In this document: piece after piece, positions 7,271 through 14,800 of the stretch | How positions within the stretch are numbered: the first letter of the stretch is position 1 | Layout of the letters: each line of letters starts with the position of its first letter | Virus record (IMG/VR): IMGVR_UViG_3300044615_001608 | Coordinates: 1-34,557 of that record | DNA: 34,557 bases | Source: a virus | Lineage: Duplodnaviria; Caudoviricetes | Reading direction: 5' to 3' (one strand) | Notes under the pieces: model-generated | Seen by the model: the letters and a program-made list of their open reading frames with translations, nothing else | Database searches by the model: none | Told to the model about the DNA's origin: nothing | Position numbers and translations under genes: made by a program

Positions 7271-7316
7271 ATAAGCCCGCATCCTGCCCGATTCTGCATG
7301 CGAGCGGGTCGGGCAC

Positions 7317-7331
7317 TGACACAATGTGTCA
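7317..7331. promoter_or_regulatory. Perfect palindrome TGACACA-A-TGTGTCA (15-bp form of the dispersed motif)
   Basis: Seen directly; related 15-mers at 21447-21461 and 31268-31282. Confidence 0.7.
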
Positions 7332-7418
7332 CCCAAACAGCCTCACAAGCTGCCTCTAAGTGTCGGGATTCCCTGCACTTACGTGAGGATTGTGCCAGCA
7401 TTTGTGCCACGATTCGAC

Positions 7419-7457
7419 GATCGGTCGGGATCGGTGCCGATCGGGGGCCGGGATCGG
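7419..7457 (+). repeat. GATCGG x4 with 10/10/13-bp spacing
   Basis: Copies start at 7419, 7429, 7439 and 7452 in the non-coding block. Confidence 0.6.
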
Positions 7458-7649
7458 TCGGCCTCTCGTGTGTGTCTGGGCGTGCAGGCCGGCGGGGGCC
7501 TTGGGGGGTGCGAGCGCGTGCGGTTTCTCTCACTCCCTCACCCAAATCTCGAACCAGTTTTTTCCGGGCCGTTCTGCCACTGCTCCGTGAGTGTGCTTCT
7601 GGCGGACTGCCATCGCACTTTTTTGGCGGAGTTGGCGGTTTTCGAGGTG

Positions 7650-8321
7650 TTATCCGGACGTTGGGAGACTTCCCCACTGCTCGGCCATTGCTTGTGCGAC
7701 GCCGGGGTATGTGTTGCTTCGAAGTTCTTGGCGGAGCGGGCTTGGCCCGAGCTTGTTCTGTCCGCTGTTAGTCTGGTTGCCCCATCGCGGCTTGGGCTTG
7801 TTTTCTCCGTTGCAATTGGGGCAGCCGTACTTGTCCGTGTTGGGAACTACGAGCCCGCAGCAAACAAGCCGCGGCAAGACGGGGTTGGTCGCCACGAGCT
7901 TTGGCAGGTTCTCAAGCCACAGGCATGTGGCTTTGCTGGCGTCGTCTCCGAACTGCCATGGCTGGATGATTTGGTCGGGCCGGCGGTATCGCGTGCTGAG
8001 GCAGCCGATCGGGTTCTCCATGGCTTTGCGGCGAAACGGGAGGTCCATCATGGCGATGGCAAATGTGGCAGCGGCGTCGGTCTTGGCTTGGCGTTCGGGC
8101 CTTCGCTTGTTCCAGTGCAGGCCGGAGCACGCGAGGTAGGTGCAATCGGGATGCATGATGCCGAGATCGAAGCCGGTCCAGTCCACGGCCATGTAATCGC
8201 CTTGGATGTGCGGGCCGGGGCGGCGGGATGGTTTGAGGTCACAGGACACGGCGTCGTGCCCGCGGGCGATGAACGCGTCACGGATGATCCCGGAGCATTC
8301 GCCAAGGATGGCAACTTTCAT
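7650..8321 (-). CDS. Phage-type DNA cytosine-C5 methyltransferase
   Basis: GECSGIIRDAF..RGHDAVSCD, motif IV-like HPDCTYL, motif VI ENPIG, IIQPWQFG, KATCLWL, RSNTYPGVAQAMAEQW. Confidence 0.85.
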   Translation of the reverse strand: MKVAILGECSGIIRDAFIARGHDAVSCDLKPSRRPGPHIQGDYMAVDWTGFDLGIMHPDCTYLACSGLHWNKRRPERQAKTDAAATFAIAMMDLPFRRKAMENPIGCLSTRYRRPDQIIQPWQFGDDASKATCLWLENLPKLVATNPVLPRLVCCGLVVPNTDKYGCPNCNGENKPKPRWGNQTNSGQNKLGPSPLRQELRSNTYPGVAQAMAEQWGSLPTSG

Positions 8322-8584
8322 GGCTTGAACGAATCTCCGGACGTTGGGAGCAGCCCGCCGAAGTTTGCCTTGTTGAATCGACGGACTGCTTCGAGGAAGG
8401 TGATGGAACCTTCCTGGAGCTGCTGGGCGATTCTTTCGGTGTCGGGGTGGAAGTTGCGTGGTATTTCTGCGTGGTCGAGTGCTTCGGCGAGGGCTTTGAG
8501 GTCGTCTCGGAAGTTTGGCGTGTCGGCCGCGGGCTTTGTGGCTTGTCCCGCCGTCGCGGCGAGCTTGATGATGTCGTCGTTCAT
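8318..8584 (-). CDS. Hypothetical protein (88 aa)
   Basis: ATG 8584 overlaps the terL stop (ATGA); its stop overlaps the MTase start. Confidence 0.65.
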   Translation of the reverse strand: MNDDIIKLAATAGQATKPAADTPNFRDDLKALAEALDHAEIPRNFHPDTERIAQQLQEGSITFLEAVRRFNKANFGGLLPTSGDSFKP

Positions 8585-10320
8585 GTGCGAAAGAAGTCTC
8601 CGTGCTCGATGGTGGTCGCGTCCTGCTGGCGGAAGAAGATCCCGATGGCTTCGTCGATCTCGGCCTGGATGCGGGAGTCTCGTTCGTCCGCGGCCGCGGC
8701 GGTCGGGTCGATGCGGAGCATCTCGTTCAGGTCCGCGATGGCGGCGGCGACCACTTCGATCTCGTCGTCGTGGTCGAGCGAGTCGCGGTCGCGGGTGATG
8801 CGGGTAAGCTGGTGCTGCAGGTCCTCGTTGCGTGCGGCGGACGGGTCGATGACGACGCGGTGGGCGAGGAGGGCCGGCTCGAGGGCTCCGATGATGCGGA
8901 GTTCCTTCTGACCGCTTGAGGGCTTGTCGTCGACAACGCATCCCCAGCCTTGCGGGTACGCGGCGTTCTCGCCGGGTCGGAGGGCGAGTCGGTTGAAGTC
9001 GGTTTGGAAGAGGTAGCCGTAGGCGTCGCCGCCGAAGTTGCCTTCGACCGTGGCGGTGTTGACGCCGAGCGAGCGGGCGATCTGGGCGACACGGGCGCGG
9101 GTGGTGTCGGTGGCGCCGCCGGCGTAGGCGGAGACGTGCTTGATGAAGAAGACGCCGTGGAGGTGGCCGACGATGCCGATAGAGAGCTTGTCTTTGCCGC
9201 GGCCCGCGGGGTCGATCCGCATGTGGGTGTGCGTGTACGGGAGGAGCTTGTCGGAGACGTGGATCGGCCGGTAGAACCGATCGGTGTCCCAGCCGAGCGA
9301 GGGGATGTCGGTGGCAGAAGTGTCACCCTTGGAGTTCTGTTGGCCCCAGACGATCTCGGTCGGCGCGAGGTGCGGGTGGCACGGGTGGAGGATGAAGTCG
9401 GCCAGGCGGAGCGGGTAGCGGTCCTCGTCGGCGATCTGGGCGATGAGCTTGTACTGCTGGGCGTAGTAGACCTTGCCTTCGGCCTTGCGGTCGTTGATGT
9501 AGGACCGGCCGAACCGGTGCGGCATGGTCGGGTCGCCGACCTGGACTTCGCCGCGGGCGAGCTTGTCGGCGAGCATCGGGGCGTAGCCGAGCGTGAGTTT
9601 CTGCTCTTCGGGATCCAGGTGCTCGAGCGACCATGTCCGGAACGTGTACCCGCGCTTTGAGAGCTTGATGTAAACCGATTCCTCGTGGTGGAAGGTGCCG
9701 ACGTCGACGATTCGACCGCCCGATCCCCGGCCCCTGGTGTCGAACGACGCGACGGCCTTCAGCTCCTTGATTCGCTCATCGAGCAGTGTGCGGGCCTCGA
9801 GCGTGCGGGTGTTCGTCTTGGTTTCGATGTCGTCGGCGTAGACGACGTGGGCACGGCCGCCAGTGATTTGCGATTCGATGCCCTGGGCGTGGAGCGAATA
9901 GTCGCGAGCGTTCTCACTGCACGGCCCGGTGTGGAACCACCGCTCCGAGTCCTTCTGCCATGTGTTCTTCTGGGGAACGAGGTGCCGGAGAAACGGCACC
10001 GTGCTGAGCCACCGCCGAACAAGCTGGACGGTCTTCTTGGCTTCGCCGTCCGTCTTCGAGAGGATCTTGACCTTCCACTGCGGATCAAGGAAAAGGTCAC
10101 ACGCGGTGCTCGCCGCGGTCACGACGTGCGTTTTGCCGGTGCTTCGCGGAGCGAGCACGCCGCAATACTGAGGCCCGGTGCGGACCCAATCAAAGATGTC
10201 AAGCTCGACGTCGCCGAGTGGGGCTTTGTTCAGCGGATCGGTGAACTTCCACAGCTCGCGAAGGAAGAAGATGTGGTCCTTCTCCAGCCGCGCGAGGTAT
10301 CGGTACGTGACGTCGCTCAT
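8581..10320 (-). CDS. terL: Terminase large subunit (T7 gp19-like)
   Basis: Walker A APRSTGKT, QITGGRAHVVYADDIE Walker B, nuclease IDPAGRGKD, VEGNFGG, QKELRIIGALEP, LDHDDEIE. Confidence 0.95.
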   Translation of the reverse strand: MSDVTYRYLARLEKDHIFFLRELWKFTDPLNKAPLGDVELDIFDWVRTGPQYCGVLAPRSTGKTHVVTAASTACDLFLDPQWKVKILSKTDGEAKKTVQLVRRWLSTVPFLRHLVPQKNTWQKDSERWFHTGPCSENARDYSLHAQGIESQITGGRAHVVYADDIETKTNTRTLEARTLLDERIKELKAVASFDTRGRGSGGRIVDVGTFHHEESVYIKLSKRGYTFRTWSLEHLDPEEQKLTLGYAPMLADKLARGEVQVGDPTMPHRFGRSYINDRKAEGKVYYAQQYKLIAQIADEDRYPLRLADFILHPCHPHLAPTEIVWGQQNSKGDTSATDIPSLGWDTDRFYRPIHVSDKLLPYTHTHMRIDPAGRGKDKLSIGIVGHLHGVFFIKHVSAYAGGATDTTRARVAQIARSLGVNTATVEGNFGGDAYGYLFQTDFNRLALRPGENAAYPQGWGCVVDDKPSSGQKELRIIGALEPALLAHRVVIDPSAARNEDLQHQLTRITRDRDSLDHDDEIEVVAAAIADLNEMLRIDPTAAAADERDSRIQAEIDEAIGIFFRQQDATTIEHGDFFRT

Positions 10321-10967
10321 GCGGAAAGCTGCTCGCCGAACTGCCTGAGAATCTCGGTGGCTTGAAGCAAGATTTGGCTACAACGCTGGCGGCTGCACCC
10401 CATGACTACGCCGATCTGCCCGAGCGTGAGGCCCTTCATGCGGAGCCGAATCGCCTCGGCCTGCTGCTTGGTGAGGATGTGGGACGCCTCGTCGATGATG
10501 TCGATCGCGTCCAGGCTGTCGCCAACGTCCGGTCCTTGCGGCGCCTCGAAAGGCATCACGCTGTCGTTCCGGCCATGGCGCTCGATCGACCTCGGGAACG
10601 AAGCGTTGCAAGTGAGCTGCTTGGTTTTCTCGGACGACCGGTACAGCGTTCGGTACGGCGTGCGGCGACACACTCCACCTTCTTCCCAGATCGAGCCGCG
10701 AATCAGAGAGGGCATGTGTGCACCGATGTACGTCGAGAACGCAACCCCGCGGGCCGGGTCGAATCGTTCAACGAATCGCAGGCACAGAAGGAACGCCCGC
10801 CCAAGGTGCTCGTACGGATCCGAGTTCGGCACGGCACGCGAAATGTGCAGGATGAGCATGCCTTGCCACCGCATGATCAGCTCGTTCCGCGCGGCAACGT
10901 TGCCAGCCTGAGCCTCGCGGATCAGCGGCAAATCACGCTCAAATGTCGATGCGAAAGCTGCTGTCAC
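10317..10967 (-). CDS. Sigma-70-family RNA polymerase sigma factor (regions 2 and 4)
   Basis: AQAGNVAARNELI, FDPARGVAFSTY, region 4 HTH LTKQQAEAIRLRMKGLTLGQIGVVMGCSRQRCSQI. Confidence 0.88.
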   Translation of the reverse strand: MTAAFASTFERDLPLIREAQAGNVAARNELIMRWQGMLILHISRAVPNSDPYEHLGRAFLLCLRFVERFDPARGVAFSTYIGAHMPSLIRGSIWEEGGVCRRTPYRTLYRSSEKTKQLTCNASFPRSIERHGRNDSVMPFEAPQGPDVGDSLDAIDIIDEASHILTKQQAEAIRLRMKGLTLGQIGVVMGCSRQRCSQILLQATEILRQFGEQLSA

Positions 10968-11275
10968 GCGACGTCCTCCTCGGTGATCGGCGGCAGTTTC
11001 CCGCCGCCGGCGAGTTTGAGTTCGCCCGAATCCATCGCTTTGCGGATCTCCTCCGCGGCGCCGCCGGCGACCGGGAGCTTCTGACCACTCGCGGCCAATC
11101 GCTTGAGCGCTTGCCCGAAGTCGGCCGCGGTCGGCTGTTTCCGAAGCGGCTTGCCCTCGTGATCGCAGATGGGGATTCCATCCTTGTCCGTGACGATTCT
11201 GCCGTTTTTCATGAGGTCAAGAAGCTGCGCGTCGGTCGCCGCAGCCAGTTGTTCCTCGAACGTCTTGCGTGCCAT
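10964..11275 (-). CDS. terS: Terminase small subunit (T7 gp18-like)
   Basis: Start reassigned to ATG 11275 after GGAGG; PTAADFGQALKRLAASG resembles the gp18-family motif; size and position upstream of terL fit. Confidence 0.65.
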   Translation of the reverse strand: MARKTFEEQLAAATDAQLLDLMKNGRIVTDKDGIPICDHEGKPLRKQPTAADFGQALKRLAASGQKLPVAGGAAEEIRKAMDSGELKLAGGGKLPPITEEDVA

Positions 11276-11607
11276 CGTTCCCTCCGTACCCTGCATGCCC
11301 TGACCTGAGCGAAAGACCCGAGGCAGTGGCACCCTCCGCGTGGAGGATGCGACAACTCTGACCCTCGCGATGAGCCCGTCGTTGTGGTCGCGTCGTTGAA
11401 CCATTCCGGCCGTCAGCTCGGCCCACTGCCCGACGCGAGTGGAGTGCGCTGGCAAATGTGTCACCCCGGAGGGACTCACATTCTGTCAACGGCTGGAAGT
11501 AGGTGCTGTCTTCCAGGCTTGAAAAAGAGGCTGATGCAAGCGTCAAAGCTGCTTGCTGAGCACCGACCATGCACGCATGCGGATGGTGGCCGGACCACGA
11601 ATTGATT

Positions 11608-11645
11608 GAAAACGCCGCGACCACCCTTGCGAATCGTCGCGGCGT
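11608..11645 (-). terminator. Intrinsic terminator after the tRNA
   Basis: ACGCCGCGAC-gattc-GCAA-gggtg-GTCGCGGCGT followed by TTTC. Confidence 0.7.
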
Positions 11646-11659
11646 GCGACTGACTCAAA

Positions 11660-11733
11660 TAGCGGGAGGCAGACTTGAACTGCCGACCTGTGGATTATGA
11701 GTCCACCGCTCTTGCCAACTGAGCTATCCCGCA
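11660..11733 (-). tRNA. tRNA with CAU anticodon (probably elongator Met; Ile2 not excluded), CCA not encoded
   Basis: Minus strand TGCGGGA TA GCTC-AGTTGGCAA-GAGC G GTGGA-CTCATAA-TCCAC AGGTC GGCAG-TTCAAGT-CTGCC TCCCGCT A forms a full cloverleaf. Confidence 0.93.
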
Positions 11734-11798
11734 AACGTTCGTGCCCACTTGCATGAGCACGAACGCACCTGGAGAGGAGATCCAGCGAAGACGATAGC

Positions 11799-11826
11799 AA
11801 TATACCACACTCCGCGCGTTTATCAG
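11799..11826 (-). promoter_or_regulatory. Putative extended -10 promoter for the tRNA
   Basis: TG-G-TATATT with weak -35 CTGATA; AT-rich palindrome GATGAAA-N5-TTTCATC at 11833-11851 just upstream. Confidence 0.55.
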
Positions 11827-11849
11827 GGTCGAGATGAAAATTTATTTCA

Positions 11850-14800
11850 TCAATCCTCATATGACGTGTCGGGAAGCCCTTCGGCCCACCGGTCGAGAGC
11901 GTTCTTGAGCCCGACGATGTTCGGCACAAGCGTGCCCTGGATCGCACGAAGGTCCTGCCGCGAGAAGTCGTAGTGTGGGATGCCCGGCGCGAGCATCGCG
12001 CGGGGCACGCGAAGAGGGTCCTTCGGGAACCCCATCCTGTCGAACCAGTCGATCGTCGGGTTCCCAAGCAGGAACCCGCCTTGCAAGCCCGTCGTGCGGG
12101 AGAAGCTGAACACCGGCTCTTGGCGACCAATGTCGGACACGAGCGTGTCGATCGCCGTGGGCACGAACGCCGAGTACAGCGAACGCGAGAACGCCGCTCG
12201 GAGCACCATGTCAAGCTCGAGACGTTCCTCCAAGAACGCCTTGCGGTCACGCCGGCCGGCGGATTGCAGAAGGGTGTTCGCGATGTAGATAAGGGCGCCG
12301 CCGGCCGCGGACGCCGCGAGCGTGCGGATCATCTGGCCGTCGCGGGCGTACAGCTCCGGCCCGATCGTCGCCTGGGCGGCGACCGCCATGCGCCGGAACT
12401 GGAAGAACACCTTGCCGACCGGGGAGTTTGCCACCATCGGCATCGCGGAGTCCGGCACACTGAGGATCGACCTGGACGCGTTCCGCCGGAGCGAGTCTTG
12501 GAACGCGATCCGAACATCGTGCGGCCACTTCTCCCAGACGTACCGATCAAGCAACCCGCCCGGCTTGTCGACCCACGCCGCGCGGCCCGGCTTGCGAATC
12601 TCGGCGACGATCTTCGCGGCCATTTCTGGCGACAGTGTGTCGATCGCCAGACGCCTCGTGCTCGGCAGGTGCCCGGAGTATGCCCACCCCGCCCACTGCT
12701 GCTGCTTGGTCCGCATCACGGCCAAGCGAGATGCGTCGGTGAGGAACGAGATGCCGGCAACGTCAAACGCCGCGCGAGCGCCGCGGCGGAGGTTCCACTC
12801 CGCGGCCGACTTACCGACTGGCTGCCCAAGGCTTTCGCCGGCCCGCCGCGGGATGCGCGACGCCGCGCGGTCGACCGCGATGCCCATCTGCGCGATCTCG
12901 CGGGCCTGCTGGCTGGACATCTTTCCGGTCCTCGCGAGCGTGATCACCTCTCGAATGGCGGGGAAGAGGTTGGTGATGACCCGCGGTCCAAGCTCGCCTG
13001 TGCGGGCGATGACTTCGCCGACCTGCAGAAGACCGGTGCCCAAGTTTGCCATGAGCCGGAAGCTCTGGAACGAACGCACCGCGTCGACCATTCGCGTGAA
13101 CCCGGTTTCAGTCCTGGAGGGCAGGCCGGCGATGAGGTGCAGGGCTTCGCGGACGCGGTCCAGGTCCTCCGAATACTCCGCCGCGGTGAGCCCAACGCTC
13201 ATGGCGTCCTCGCGGATTTTCGTGAGGATGCTGTCGATCCCATTGACGCGGTCGGTGCCAAGGTCCGGCGCCGCGGAGAAGAGCCGCGACGCCTCCGCGA
13301 GCGCGGCCGACCCGTGTGCCGCGCGGTTGTAGTTCTTGAACAGCGTGTAGAGGTTGGACTCGATCAGGTCCTCGATCCCCATCTCGGACCCGTCCGCGAG
13401 CTTCCATCGGTACGTCTCATCCAGGTCGATTCGCTCTTTCAGGCGGGAGGTGTACCCCGTCGTGATGCCGTCGTCGCCGTCGTAGCTGTCGGTGTGGCCC
13501 GCGTGGTCGATGATTGTCTGGGCCAGCCGGATAGCCTCGTCGCGGTCGGTGATCGTCCCCTTGGCGAGAATGGCGTCAGCGAACCGCTCGCGGAGCTGCG
13601 CGTACCCCGCGGCACGGTCGCCGTCAGCGAACGTCTGGGGATCCTTGCCGGCGCGGCCCATGCGGAGAGCGGCGTCGTCCATCGCGGGCCGGATCCACAT
13701 GCGGTTGAGGTAATTGTCCAGGAGCCCGACGTCAAGCCCGTGGTCCTTGAGCATCTGCCCAAGGTCGTCGTACATCTTGCGAACCGCCGACCGAACCGAT
13801 CGGATGTTCGGATCCGTGGGATCCTCCCCGCGGCGGAATGCCTTGCCGGCGGCGATCTCAAACTCCTCGCGGTTCATCGGCTTGGTGCCCGCCCTCTTGG
13901 CCTCCTCGCGGTGGGCAAGCCAAGCAGGCTTGACAGCCTCCTCGTACGCGTACTCGTTCGCCGCGACGTTGTGCCCGACCGATTCGTGGAGCCCCACCAC
14001 CGACGGCGAACCGTCCTTGGAAGGCATGAAGTCAAACGCCAGGACTTTGCCAGCCATGCGCATGAGCGGCGACTTGCTCTTCCCAAGCATGCCCGCGATG
14101 TCGAACCGCCACCAACTGACCCGGCGATTCTTGCCAAGGATCTTGATCTCGGCCGTCTGATTGATCGATTCGGGCACGCCCGACGCGAACATGGACCGGT
14201 GCGCGTCCAGGTTGTACGTGCGGGTGGCTGGCACATTTGCCACCGCGTCGGTCGCCCCCGACTCCTTCGCCGGCTCCATTGTTGAGAATGCGTTCTCAAC
14301 TTGCTTGGCAAACAGGGCCTCGTCGTACTGGCCGGCGTCATTGGTGGAGGCTTTGAGGATCTCCATCGCACGGGCTTCGACCTCGGGGTTGTCGGCCCCA
14401 AGCAGCTCGCGGACCATCACGCGGATCTGCTCCACCGCGCGCACGCCCGCCTTGAACGCTTGGGCGGCGACGATCATGGCGTTATCGACGATGCTCGGGG
14501 TGAACTCGTCGATGCCAAGCCGCTGCCCCGGCTTGGCTTTCTTCTTCGCCTCGGCGATGTCCTTGGCCCGCTGTGCTTTGTTGGCCTTGGCCTTGGCGAT
14601 GACCTTGTCCGCGGCGCCGATCAGCTTCTTGGCGGTGGACGGCTTGGGCACTTTGCCCCCTCGGCGAGCAATCTCCGCCTCGATCGCCAAGACCTCTTTG
14701 GCCTGCCAGCCGCCGGGATTCTTGCCCGCCATGGTCTTGAGCTGCTCAAAGGGGCCAGTGTTGCCCGCGAGAATGTTGTCGACCTGCTTTCCGATGTCGT

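Noticed and set aside
7317-7331. Dispersed motif as CRP/FNR sites
   Set aside because: CRP is TGTGA-N6-TCACA and FNR is TTGAT-N4-ATCAA; half-site order and spacing here do not match either.
6967-7771. ORFs across the 7000-7650 block
   Set aside because: Low-complexity Arg/Pro/Ser translations running through tandem repeats and the promoter, with no convincing RBS.
11660-11733. tRNA as the host attachment site or prophage boundary
   Set aside because: Flanked on both sides by core phage genes, about 11 kb from the integrase, with no duplicated 3' fragment in the window.
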